The notes: a model not told the origin generated them from the letters alone. A DNA stretch of 32,000 nt from Formosa sp. Hel1_33_131 (GCF_001735745.1 NZ_CP017260.1:1860001-1892000); one strand, 5' to 3'; counted from the first letter of the stretch, positions 8,907 to 18,375 are shown. Numbers and translations are program-made.

Positions 8907-10028
8907 TTAGGAGTTCAAAAGAATCCAGTAAACAGTGGCACTCAAAATGGCTGCAATTGGCAACGTTAACAACCATGATAATAGAATGTTTTTCACCACT
9001 TTAAAGTCTGCTTTTTTTGTCACAGTTCCTATGCCAAAAATGGAGCCTACAGATACGTGTGTTGTTGAAACGGGCAGTCCGTGAATACTGGCAGTCGTGA
9101 CCAACAGCCCCGTAATCAAATTGGCTGTAAATCCTTGTCCACTATTCATTGGAGTGATCTTTTTACTCATGAGTTCTCCTACTTTTTTGGCGTTTAATAA
9201 TCCGCCTAGCGCCATGGTAATTGCAACAGCACTCATTCCCCATTTAATATCTAAGGTGTTTATGACGATGAGGAGTCCCACAATCTTTGGAGTGTCATTT
9301 AATCCTCTAGCAAAACTTACAATTCCTGCACTTATGTAATGTGCGAAGTCTAACATTTTTTGCGAATTTATCCCAATGAATTCCCCACTGTAAGTTTCCA
9401 TGCATTCCTTTTCATTCAAGATTTTTATAGTCTTTTGAGGCTCTGACCCTACAGTCAAGAACTCATTTGTATTTACAGTTTTTACAACGGGAATTTTTTC
9501 GGATCCAATACAAATGCAGCTCTGTTTGGTGACGCCTAGCGCAACTCTTAGTTTCCGAAAAAGAAGGTAGGCTAATAAGCTTAGTATTGCCGCCATAAGT
9601 GGACTGACAATTAAAGGCATTAAAAACGTACTCCCTAATTTAGCAAAATTAAATGCGGTTCCTACGGCAACCAAACCACTGCCAAACAAAGCGCCTACCA
9701 ATGCGTGCGTTGTTGAGATAGGCATTCCAATTTTTGTAGCGATAAACACTGTTAGAGCGGCTCCTAAAGCGATTGAAATCGCAAATTCAGGAGATTGAAT
9801 TAAAGTGTCTGGAACCAATCCTTTCCCAGAGAAATTCTTAACAAGTTTGCCTGCTAAAAAAATAGCTGCAATCGACCCAGCAAAAGTGGTGACTGTTGCC
9901 CAAGCTATTGCCTTTTTATAATTAGTTGTACCACTGCCAAACAAGGTTGCAACGCCTTTAAAGTTGTCATTTGCACCATTGCTATAAGCCAGAAAACAAG
10001 CGGCTATAAAAAGAATAATTAAAATCAT
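8907..10028 (-). CDS. PiT-family inorganic anion (phosphate/sulfate) transporter
   Basis: 373-aa polytopic membrane ORF. It carries the duplicated PiT signature (NGANDNFKGVATLFGSG near the N-terminus, ARGLNDTPKIVG in the second half). Confidence 0.85.
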   Translation of the reverse strand: MILIILFIAACFLAYSNGANDNFKGVATLFGSGTTNYKKAIAWATVTTFAGSIAAIFLAGKLVKNFSGKGLVPDTLIQSPEFAISIALGAALTVFIATKIGMPISTTHALVGALFGSGLVAVGTAFNFAKLGSTFLMPLIVSPLMAAILSLLAYLLFRKLRVALGVTKQSCICIGSEKIPVVKTVNTNEFLTVGSEPQKTIKILNEKECMETYSGEFIGINSQKMLDFAHYISAGIVSFARGLNDTPKIVGLLIVINTLDIKWGMSAVAITMALGGLLNAKKVGELMSKKITPMNSGQGFTANLITGLLVTTASIHGLPVSTTHVSVGSIFGIGTVTKKADFKVVKNILLSWLLTLPIAAILSATVYWILLNS

Positions 10029-10187
10029 AAGGTATATTTAAGAATGAGGGTTTGAATTAGATTAAAACGCAGGTAGTACCACACCCTTTGGGTATGAACA
10101 TATCAGAGCTGCGAGTCGGAACTGTGACTCATATTTGGGCAATACGAGTCAAGGATTTAGATATAGTTTTGGTTTTGTAGTCTTCTT
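10029..10187 (-). promoter_or_regulatory. candidate structured 5' leader of the PiT transporter gene
   Basis: On the minus strand, GACUC (10147-10151), GAGUC (10127-10131) and GACUC (10114-10118) can pair in two mutually exclusive ways. Downstream, a CGCAG...CUGCG helix (10109-10113 / 10069-10073) encloses the hairpin CAUACCC-AAA-GGGUGUG (10080-10096) and is followed by UUUU. No known riboswitch class recognised. Confidence 0.25.
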
Positions 10188-10913
10188 CTATTCTGCGATG
10201 GGTAATAAGTCACAAAACCAGAACCCAATTGTGCCATTATCAGTAAGCTGATCATCTTGTTTAGGTGCTTTATATTCTCTGAGAATTTTATCACCTATAT
10301 TAAATTTTATTGGTTTTTTGAAAATTGGTCCGTCATAACAAAATGTATGAAACTCCCCATTTTCACCACAGGGATCAACGTTTTTAGGTAGGTCGTTTAT
10401 GAAATCTTCGTCGATTTCTCTTCCTACGAATGACTTGTCTAACAAATCAGATTTAATACAAATGACAATAGCCTTGAAACCAAGTTTTATGAATTCATTG
10501 ATTATTGTTTTTGTATCTCTTTTCCAAAGAGGGAAATGACAGCGAATGCCAAACGGTTTTAATTTTTCCTCCCTAAAAATTCTAAGATCTTCCAAATAGA
10601 TATCGCCAAAACCGCAATCGGAATACCCGTCAGATTTTAATTTCATGACCGTACAACTCATGATCTGGTTATAATCTTCCATTGAAGGTTCTTCTGGCAG
10701 TTCAACAGTTGTTACAGGAATTCCAATAGATTTAATTTGTTGCTCCAATAATTCCCGTCGGAGTCCATGCATGGTCACTCGATCATGATGCGCATTTATA
10801 GAGGTAAGTAATCTTTCAATCGAATAGATTCCTTCCCTTTGCATGTGATAAAATGCCAAAGAGGCATCTTTTCCAGAGCTCCAATTAAAATATGTTTTTA
10901 GCTTTTGAGTCAT
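10188..10913 (-). CDS. Dph6-related ATP pyrophosphatase (diphthine-ammonia ligase-like PP-loop protein, COG2102/MJ0570 family)
   Basis: 241-aa ORF with the N-terminal PP-loop variant NWSSGKDAS. Downstream blocks GDIYLEDLRIFREEKL, FPLWKRDT and VDPCGENGEFHTF are characteristic of this family. Confidence 0.7.
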   Translation of the reverse strand: MTQKLKTYFNWSSGKDASLAFYHMQREGIYSIERLLTSINAHHDRVTMHGLRRELLEQQIKSIGIPVTTVELPEEPSMEDYNQIMSCTVMKLKSDGYSDCGFGDIYLEDLRIFREEKLKPFGIRCHFPLWKRDTKTIINEFIKLGFKAIVICIKSDLLDKSFVGREIDEDFINDLPKNVDPCGENGEFHTFCYDGPIFKKPIKFNIGDKILREYKAPKQDDQLTDNGTIGFWFCDLLPIAE

Positions 10914-10994
10914 GGGGGTAGCGACCTAAAGTGATTTCGGTTTTTGGTGGTAGCACCTATCTAATGTGAATAACGAAACAATACAGTAGATTGG

Positions 10995-11219
10995 CTATTC
11001 TATAATTTCGTAGTCAATACTTAGTTTACGCAAAGCTCTTAAAGCAGAGCCAGAATTTTTATCGTCGACCTCTATATCTACAGCGTCTCCTTCAAGAATT
11101 ATACCTGTAAGTTCATTCGCTAAGGAACCACTAATGTCAGATGAAATTTCTGCAATACATTTGGCAATTGCTCTTCGGTCTGGTCTCTGAGCATCACAAG
11201 ATAATAAGTTTAATTTCAT
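10995..11219 (-). CDS. small acidic hypothetical protein (74 aa)
   Basis: ATG-initiated ORF ending in TAG, co-directional with its neighbours and with its own upstream AT-rich region. No signal peptide and no family recognised. Confidence 0.4.
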   Translation of the reverse strand: MKLNLLSCDAQRPDRRAIAKCIAEISSDISGSLANELTGIILEGDAVDIEVDDKNSGSALRALRKLSIDYEIIE

Positions 11220-11302
11220 AATTTAATCTAACTTTTGATAAAGCACTAAATTACGTAATTATTTCTAATAGACGATTGGCACTTGTTTGAACTATTGAAA
11301 TA

Positions 11303-12220
11303 TTATTTTTTTTCACTCAATTCTTTCACTTTCAGAGCCCAACTATTTAATATATCTTTTTGAGTTTCAAAATCATCATTAGAGTATGGACCACAAACAA
11401 TTTTTAATTCTGTCGATTTTGATTGTTCATTATCTAACAGAAGAAATTTTGCAACATATTGAGAATCGCCTAATTCAGAATCAATTTGAATGTAATGATT
11501 GCCATATAAATTTGCTGCGAATTCTGAAGTGATCACTCCGCCATTCAGATATCTAAAATTAACTTTTGATGAATCATTCCAACTGGGTATTGGCGTATGA
11601 TCTTTATCAAAGATCACTTCCAAAACTTCGTAATATTGGGGATTGGTAAGCACCTCCCAAATTTTATTTTGAGGAGCATCTATTTGGACAGACTGCATTA
11701 CAAAGCGGGTAGGAGATAGAGATTCAATCTCAGCATCCAAAAGAAATCGAACCTCATTTAAGCGCGCACTTCCATTTCCGCCATTTAAATATCTAAACCC
11801 AACAACAGAATCTTCTGCAATTTTCACCGCTTGTATTACAATTATAAGCTCTTCTTTTTTTGAATTTTCATTGTAGTATCGCCCCAATTTAGGCATCTTC
11901 ATATCCAAAGGTTTTGCGTTTGGATGTTTTTTTTGATCAACAAAAATTAAGGACGTCCCATTTTGAGTTTCTTCTTTGCTTGGTAAACGTCCATTTACTA
12001 CGTTTACATTTTTCCAGTTGCGAATGTTTACTGCTGGAAATCCATTAAGATTATCAGGGCAATACCAACCCCCATAATTATGCGGCTTCTGCTTTGCGGT
12101 AATCACTTTTTCTATCGATTTTTCTACCTTATTGTTTTCAATAGTTTTGTTGTTTTCTAAACAAGACATAAATGTAACAAGACAGAGTAGGAGCAGTATT
12201 TTAAGAATATTGTTTTTCAT
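11303..12220 (-). CDS. lipoprotein, function unknown
   Basis: The track ORF starts at GTG 12244, but the ATG at 12220 gives a classic lipoprotein signal, MKNNILKILLLLCLVTFMSC. There is an internal duplicated block (..FRYLNGG.. twice). Confidence 0.6.
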   Translation of the reverse strand: MKNNILKILLLLCLVTFMSCLENNKTIENNKVEKSIEKVITAKQKPHNYGGWYCPDNLNGFPAVNIRNWKNVNVVNGRLPSKEETQNGTSLIFVDQKKHPNAKPLDMKMPKLGRYYNENSKKEELIIVIQAVKIAEDSVVGFRYLNGGNGSARLNEVRFLLDAEIESLSPTRFVMQSVQIDAPQNKIWEVLTNPQYYEVLEVIFDKDHTPIPSWNDSSKVNFRYLNGGVITSEFAANLYGNHYIQIDSELGDSQYVAKFLLLDNEQSKSTELKIVCGPYSNDDFETQKDILNSWALKVKELSEKK

Positions 12221-12433
12221 GTGTTTATTGTTTTTAAGGGTCACACTTCAACTGCGCCTACCTTGGGTAGGCAAGCCTGTATGCCGATAGGCAGGCTCAT
12301 TGCAAGTTTGGTACATCTATTTAATCATTTTCTTGGGTGTCAAGTTTTAATTAAGGGTACTTTATGTATAGTTGAGCGGCAGTTAAAGTACTAAATTACA
12401 TAATTATTTTCAGACCGAGTTGTTCGTTATTTT

Positions 12434-13132
12434 TTATTTAATTTCATCAATTAATCGGATGTTATAGAACTCAATTTTAGTTAGAAATTCATCTACATTT
12501 TCATGTTGCGCTTGGTACCATGATTGTTTTTTAAAATACGTATCCATTTTAGCATCTTCCATAAAAATATAGCCATACCGTGCATATATTTCATTTTTCA
12601 TTAGCATCAATTTCTTAGTGCTCATTTTTTCTATTTTGCTAACTTCTAATTTTTTAAATGAGGCTGTTTTGTACTTTCCAGGATAGCTGTTTTCAAATGT
12701 CATTTTTTTCCGCCTTCCAATTTCAAATTCACGACCATCAACTGAACTCGACCAAGGATTGTCAATTTTTAAGCTTTTGTGAGACTTTCCATTCTTATCG
12801 GTATAGATTACAAATTGTCCAGTATGTTGGTCGCTAGTGATTTTCCCTGTCTTGTCAATTTTAATGGTTTTCAAGTTTTTAAAATGGAATTTCCGAGTTC
12901 CTGTGTTTTTTTCCCAGTAGGTACTCTTTACTTGACCTATCAAGTTGTCGCCACAAAAGAATAAATTTAAGTCAGATTCACTTTTTCCTTCTCCAAAATG
13001 ATAGGTTCCTTCATATGCAATTTCAAATTTTGGAACCCAGGGGGATATGCTAGATTCATTAATTTTTTGTCCTTCCCAATATTGTGCAAAAGCCAAATTG
13101 GAAATAAATAAGAGGACTGCAAATGGTTTCAC
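12434..13132 (-). CDS. secreted YARHG-domain protein
   Basis: Signal peptide. The C-terminal NEIYARYGYIFMEDAKMDTYFKKQSWY matches the YARHG-domain signature (PF13308). Confidence 0.7.
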   Translation of the reverse strand: MKPFAVLLFISNLAFAQYWEGQKINESSISPWVPKFEIAYEGTYHFGEGKSESDLNLFFCGDNLIGQVKSTYWEKNTGTRKFHFKNLKTIKIDKTGKITSDQHTGQFVIYTDKNGKSHKSLKIDNPWSSSVDGREFEIGRRKKMTFENSYPGKYKTASFKKLEVSKIEKMSTKKLMLMKNEIYARYGYIFMEDAKMDTYFKKQSWYQAQHENVDEFLTKIEFYNIRLIDEIK

Positions 13133-13266
13133 AAGTAGGTTATTTAGTGGGTTAAATAGGGTGTGTATAAGCTGAGTTCAATTTTGAGATTGAACTTGCC
13201 GTTTGGTATATGTGAGTGTTTTAAAAACTAAATAATTTTACAAGTAGTTGAGTGTGGTTTTCTCAA

Positions 13267-14319
13267 CTATTTTCTCTTAAATTGTATGGGTTCAGGACCG
13301 GCCATTAAATTAGCAATGACCTTCGTTTTTGGGAATTGTTCCAGTAGTATTTTGATAAACACGGTAATTGGAATACAAAGGATCATTCCGGGTACACCCC
13401 AAAGAAACCCCCAAAACATGAGCATCACCAAAATGGTAATCACATTAATAGAAAACGATTTGCCCATAAAGATAGGTTCTAAAACACCACCCATTATGAG
13501 CTGAACAAGCGTTATTATAAGAATAAAAAACAATAACATTCCTGTTGGGTCTAATTCTATAAAAGCAAATAAGGACAAGCAGACCACTGAAATCACAGAG
13601 CCTATCATTTGAACAAAATTAATTACAAACGCAAATAATCCCCAAAAAATAGGGAAACTTACATCAAAGGCATAGCAGGCAAGTGTAAAGCCTAAACCTG
13701 TAAATAAACTGATGATAAATTTAACTTTAATAAATTTTATCAGGTCTTTTTCAATTCGCATGAAAACCTTCACAGATGAAAATTGTTGACGAATCACAAG
13801 GTTGTGTAATATTTTCTGAATATTCAAGGATTCTGACAGCAGTAATATTGCAAAGAAAAAGGTCATCAAAGTCATTGTTGTGGTGGTACTAATTAAATCA
13901 ATTGTGGAGCCAAATGTTTTACTTAAATCTATTTCCTGAATGTAATGTAGAATAATACTTTTGCCTTCGATGCGTTCAATCCCAAAATAATTTTCTACAG
14001 GAAATATTAAGTGTTTTAACTTCGACTCTGCATTTTCAATCCAATTATTTTGGGATGCTAAAATTTCTTGACTCGAGAGTTGAATGACTTCAACGGACAT
14101 TTTAATGAACACACTAATAATTAGGATGACAATCAAAATACTAATTGTTTTAGGCGTATTTTTCTTTCGTAACCAACGCACTAAAGGCCAGAAAAGTAAT
14201 GCTATAAACATTGAAAAAACAAGTGGGATAAATATAAAAGACAATAGTTTTAGTACGTAAAAAACTACGGGCATAGCAATTATTAATAATAAGATATTTG
14301 TTGTTCTTCTTTCGTTCAT
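13267..14319 (-). CDS. AI-2E family transporter (PerM/UPF0118)
   Basis: 350-aa ORF with multiple transmembrane segments and the typical AI-2E layout, including the C-terminal ..FWGFLWGVPGMILCIPITV.. block. Confidence 0.8.
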   Translation of the reverse strand: MNERRTTNILLLIIAMPVVFYVLKLLSFIFIPLVFSMFIALLFWPLVRWLRKKNTPKTISILIVILIISVFIKMSVEVIQLSSQEILASQNNWIENAESKLKHLIFPVENYFGIERIEGKSIILHYIQEIDLSKTFGSTIDLISTTTTMTLMTFFFAILLLSESLNIQKILHNLVIRQQFSSVKVFMRIEKDLIKFIKVKFIISLFTGLGFTLACYAFDVSFPIFWGLFAFVINFVQMIGSVISVVCLSLFAFIELDPTGMLLFFILIITLVQLIMGGVLEPIFMGKSFSINVITILVMLMFWGFLWGVPGMILCIPITVFIKILLEQFPKTKVIANLMAGPEPIQFKRK

Positions 14320-14340
14320 TTTCAGAGTATTCTTGTGTGT

Positions 14341-15303
14341 TTAATAGGTGTTTGGACGGTGCCCAATTTTTATAAATTTATTTATTTGAGCTGATCCCTT
14401 TAGTTTTTTTAATTTTAAACGGTAAAAAACGGAAACCTTAAATAGCCAACTGTCTGAGAAATCAGTGTTCAGTTGGGTGCGATTATCACCAAAATTTAAG
14501 AGCGGAAGTCCCAATGAAATTTTCTCATCATAAATACGATAGGACCTCCCAAGAGAGCGTCCTAGCCCCAGTTGAAAATTAAAACCATTTTTTGTTCCGT
14601 ATTGGAAATAGGTGTATAGATCTTGAGAGAATTTAACCAAATAACGATCTACTTCTGTTTCCGCAGGCGAATTTAGATGGTAACTCCTAGTTTGCCCTTT
14701 GAAGTTTAGTCCAAGTCGAACGTTTTTGGTAATGGAGTAATTGAGATCTACAGAAAGAGGCAGAAGTACTTTCACTTCAATTTTTTCAGTAGGATTCAAG
14801 TAATAAAAACCAAACAAGGGAACAATAAAAGGGCCAAACGACTCACTGTTTGCATACACCCCAAACTTGTAGTTCAATCGGTCTGTTTTAATATACTTCA
14901 TCAATACAACGCCTCCTAGCTGAAAATCACGATTAGAAATTTTATTGAAGTCGGAAGAGATTTTAGGGAGGAGCATATAGGTGCCGCTCCATTTCGAATT
15001 GTGGTTAATATTGGCTCCTAGCTTTAAGGTCAGCCCCGTTACCGATTCTTCTTTTCGTCCAGGGTCAAAAGCGGCGGAAATGTTTTCGTAAATGATGCCT
15101 GTTAGGAAAGTAAAACGGTCATTAATGACAATAGGGGCGGTCAGATTTCCGTTTATTTCCTGCAGTGTCGTTGTGGCATCTGTTGTGTCAAAAGTATTTA
15201 CAGGAGTAATAGCGTAGTCAAACGTGGCAAGGTCTATATAGTCCTGAGCGGGGGCCGTAGCTGTCCAAATAAGCAAAGCAATAATAAAAGGTGTTTTTTT
15301 CAA
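14341..15303 (-). CDS. outer-membrane beta-barrel protein (DUF6268-like)
   Basis: Signal peptide ..ALLIWTATAPAQ, and alternating amphipathic beta-strand pattern through most of the protein. TTG start as called in the track. Confidence 0.55.
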   Translation of the reverse strand: MKKTPFIIALLIWTATAPAQDYIDLATFDYAITPVNTFDTTDATTTLQEINGNLTAPIVINDRFTFLTGIIYENISAAFDPGRKEESVTGLTLKLGANINHNSKWSGTYMLLPKISSDFNKISNRDFQLGGVVLMKYIKTDRLNYKFGVYANSESFGPFIVPLFGFYYLNPTEKIEVKVLLPLSVDLNYSITKNVRLGLNFKGQTRSYHLNSPAETEVDRYLVKFSQDLYTYFQYGTKNGFNFQLGLGRSLGRSYRIYDEKISLGLPLLNFGDNRTQLNTDFSDSWLFKVSVFYRLKLKKLKGSAQINKFIKIGHRPNTY

Positions 15304-15429
15304 GAGTTTTATTTTAAGCTTAATTATATTATTTTTCTTATCCTATTCTAATTGCAAATAACGTGTTTGTATGAGATTATTTACGTTATTTAACAATATA
15401 TTTCACAGGAATTTTATCGTAGTTTTTTT

Positions 15430-16287
15430 TTATTTTTGACTTGAAGTATTCATTGCAAAAGCGATGATAACACCTCCAGTAAAAAACATAATAAGACTGT
15501 AAACAGCGGGGGCGATGGCATAGTTGTCATTCATTAGAACTCCGGAGGCAATCGCAATGGCCATGGTGCCATTTTGAATTCCAGATTCTATCGAAATTGT
15601 TCGTGATTGTGCTAAACTTAATTTCGCAATTTTCGCTGTAGCCAAACCGACAAGCATGGTTGCAATATTTAATACTAAGGCTGTCAATCCTGCTTGTTTT
15701 AGGTAAGGAATCAGCTCTTCTTTCTTTTTTATAACCAATCCAATGATGACTAAAAATAAGACTGCGCCCGAAGCAATTTTCACAGGTTTATTCATTTTAT
15801 CTGCAAAAATAGGTTTGGCGTTTTTTAGAGCCATCCCAAGAGAAACAGGAATAATAACGATTACAAAAATTTGAATCACCGTTTGCAATTTGTTGATTTG
15901 AACCATTTCGTCCGCTTCTAAAAATTGGTTTAGCGCAAAGTCTATCACAAAGGGAATGGTGAAAATAGTAATCAAGCTATTGACGGTTGTTAATGAAATG
16001 GATAAGCCAATGTCTCCTTTTGCTAAATAGGTGATGAGGTTCGATGTGGGTCCGCCAGGGCAGGCCGCGAGTATCATGATTCCAATTGCAATGTCTGTTT
16101 CTACATTTAATAAAGAAATTAATACGTAGGCAATAACCGGTAGCAAAATAATCTGATTTACAAGCCCAACAATGACTGCTTTTGGGTGTTGAAACAAGCG
16201 AATAAAATCATCTTTCACAAGCGATAAGCCCATGCCAAACATGATGATGATTAATGCAATTGCGAGAATAATTGTTCCTGTATCCAT
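15430..16287 (-). CDS. bile acid:sodium symporter (BASS/SBF) family transporter
   Basis: 285-aa polytopic ORF. The N-terminal ..IIIMFGMGLSL..DDF..L..PKAV..GL..Q.ILLP block and ACPGGPTSN are typical of the SBF family. Confidence 0.8.
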   Translation of the reverse strand: MDTGTIILAIALIIIMFGMGLSLVKDDFIRLFQHPKAVIVGLVNQIILLPVIAYVLISLLNVETDIAIGIMILAACPGGPTSNLITYLAKGDIGLSISLTTVNSLITIFTIPFVIDFALNQFLEADEMVQINKLQTVIQIFVIVIIPVSLGMALKNAKPIFADKMNKPVKIASGAVLFLVIIGLVIKKKEELIPYLKQAGLTALVLNIATMLVGLATAKIAKLSLAQSRTISIESGIQNGTMAIAIASGVLMNDNYAIAPAVYSLIMFFTGGVIIAFAMNTSSQK

Positions 16288-16317
16288 AGGGTTCTGGGGT
16301 TTTAAATAGGTTTTATT

Positions 16318-18375
16318 TTATTTTTTTGAGAATCTCCAAACAATAAAAATTACTAAAATAATAATCAAAAACACAAATAAAGCAATTTTACCTAAGCTTA
16401 AAATTAAATTTTTTATCGGAAAGTTGTTTGTGTTTTCAGGGATGAAAATAGTGTAGCCGAACGTTTTTTCTACTTCAGTTATATCATTATAATATATTGT
16501 AAATTCATCGGGAGTAACTGAAGGTTTTTGAATTTTCAGGTAACTATTTAGTTGTACCTCATTTTTCTTTTTATCGTAATCTATATTAAAGTCGTAGTAA
16601 AAAACATCATTACTAACGACGTCATTATTATTTTCAATTTGCCATGCACTTGGTAAAACAATATTTGTTTTGTGCTCTCTAGAAACAGGGTATGGTAAGC
16701 TCATTTCATTTTTTCTTGTTCCCTTGTTAGGTACATAGAAAATATCGGTTAAAGTACTAGGTGTAAAAGTAATAGAGATAAAGCCTGGTTTTAGGCTCAT
16801 TGGCTCCCAAATACTATCTATAACGTAAGACTCTTTAACGGTAAATTCATTTTGGGATACATTATCATTTACAGAGGGTTCATCTACTATTTTTATTTTA
16901 GAATAGGAGTTTGCATAATAATTTTTATATTCTTTTAGGATGCTACTTTTGCTATTGTCTTTAAAATAATTACGCATTCTGTCCGCCTCAGAATCTGTAT
17001 AAATAGTAGTTACTTTTAATGTAGCTCCGCCATTGACTTCTTTTATGACAAATTCTTCTAAAGTGGTTATTTTGTTATTAGAAGAGGATGTTATAGTGTC
17101 ATAAGCCACATTGTTTTTTTGAACAACGAGTCCATACTCATAATTAGGGAAGTGAGTGTTTTTATAGGTCCCCCCTTGATTATAGATTGTAGGGTCATAA
17201 TATAACTCCCATTTATCTTCATCAATTACTTTTACCACACAATGGTCAAAAAAACTTGGGGATGGGGGTAATTCTGTAATGGTATTTTTCATTGTGGTAT
17301 TAAGAAGCATTGGGTATGCTTCTACGTTGATTTCTTTAAGCATTTGCACCATTAGCAGGCTCTTGTCTTTACAATCTCCATACCGCTGCTCAAAGACTTT
17401 ATTAGGGAAATTAGGCTTGTAACTATTCACGCCATATTCTAAACCTAAATATCTAATGTCGTCTTGAACAAAATTAAGAATTGCTTTTATTTTTTCACCT
17501 TCTGTATTATAGGCTGCATTAATTTCGGATATTTTCATTTTCACGGCCGGACTTAATGGTTCGTTTTGCGCGTAAATAGTAGTGGCCCAGTTTACAACCT
17601 CTTCCAAAGAGAAATAATCACTTACAAAAATTGTGGGCATTACTATTTTCCACGATGGAATACTTGATTCGTATTCAAAGGGTTCAGGTGTTTCAACGCT
17701 CCAATTATAAGTCGTAACTTTCTTTTTTTTACTTATTTTTGGTTGAAGTGTTGTATTAAAAGTCTTGTAATTAAGGTCGTTTTTCGTTTTAATAGTTACA
17801 TTAATTTTCCCAATAGGCATGTAGTCATTTAGAATAAAAGCATTAGAAAATTTTCCATAATGAATTGGGTTAAACCCTTTGACAGTATAGCTTAAATCAA
17901 TAATATCTCCAGCGCGAACATCTGTCAAATTTAGCATTGCAGAAAGCGACCCATCATAAAGATAATTTTCTGCATTTAGCTCTCGTTTTATTACTTGAAA
18001 ATGATTTGGATTCAATTTATTGATTACTTTTCCATCTCTAATAATGTTAATAGAATGAAATGTTAACTTTTGATATAACGGATCGTAGACGGCATTAATG
18101 TTGGAGCTTGATTGCACACCTGTTTTGTCTGTTATTTTAGTTACGAACCTAAAATATACTTCCTCTTTAAATACATTAGTTTGATAATCAGCTAAAAGGG
18201 TTAATGTGCCTTCTGTAATTTCATCTTCGTCTACTTCTGGATGTGTGTTGTAATCCTGAAAATCCACCCACGATGGGTACTTAGAAACGTTTACAGTGTT
18301 TTGACTATATGCACAGCAAATAAAAAAAATGGCTAATAAATGGGGAATGAATTTTTTTAGTTTTAAAAAATGCAT
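16318..18375 (-). CDS. DUF3857 / transglutaminase-like domain protein with a C-terminal TM anchor
   Basis: 685-aa ORF with a signal peptide. The papain-like transglutaminase core Cys context is RYGDCKDKSLLMVQMLK. There is a C-terminal hydrophobic helix. Confidence 0.7.
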   Translation of the reverse strand: MHFLKLKKFIPHLLAIFFICCAYSQNTVNVSKYPSWVDFQDYNTHPEVDEDEITEGTLTLLADYQTNVFKEEVYFRFVTKITDKTGVQSSSNINAVYDPLYQKLTFHSINIIRDGKVINKLNPNHFQVIKRELNAENYLYDGSLSAMLNLTDVRAGDIIDLSYTVKGFNPIHYGKFSNAFILNDYMPIGKINVTIKTKNDLNYKTFNTTLQPKISKKKKVTTYNWSVETPEPFEYESSIPSWKIVMPTIFVSDYFSLEEVVNWATTIYAQNEPLSPAVKMKISEINAAYNTEGEKIKAILNFVQDDIRYLGLEYGVNSYKPNFPNKVFEQRYGDCKDKSLLMVQMLKEINVEAYPMLLNTTMKNTITELPPSPSFFDHCVVKVIDEDKWELYYDPTIYNQGGTYKNTHFPNYEYGLVVQKNNVAYDTITSSSNNKITTLEEFVIKEVNGGATLKVTTIYTDSEADRMRNYFKDNSKSSILKEYKNYYANSYSKIKIVDEPSVNDNVSQNEFTVKESYVIDSIWEPMSLKPGFISITFTPSTLTDIFYVPNKGTRKNEMSLPYPVSREHKTNIVLPSAWQIENNNDVVSNDVFYYDFNIDYDKKKNEVQLNSYLKIQKPSVTPDEFTIYYNDITEVEKTFGYTIFIPENTNNFPIKNLILSLGKIALFVFLIIILVIFIVWRFSKK

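Noticed and set aside
2111-9339. Plus-strand ORFs 2111..2338, 5638..5931, 7052..7270, 7670..7888, 7900..8214 and 9097..9339, and similar ones further right (12779.., 13286.., 18812.., 20712.., 21157.., 21189.., 21550.., 22155.., 22476.., 22738.., 23541.., 24276.., 24680.., 26808.., 26917.., 27268.., 29263.., 29409.., 31700..)
   Set aside because: Each lies entirely or largely inside a longer ORF on the opposite strand or in another frame that has clear family features. Their translations are low-complexity or Cys/Phe-rich, as expected for antisense reading of AT-rich genes.
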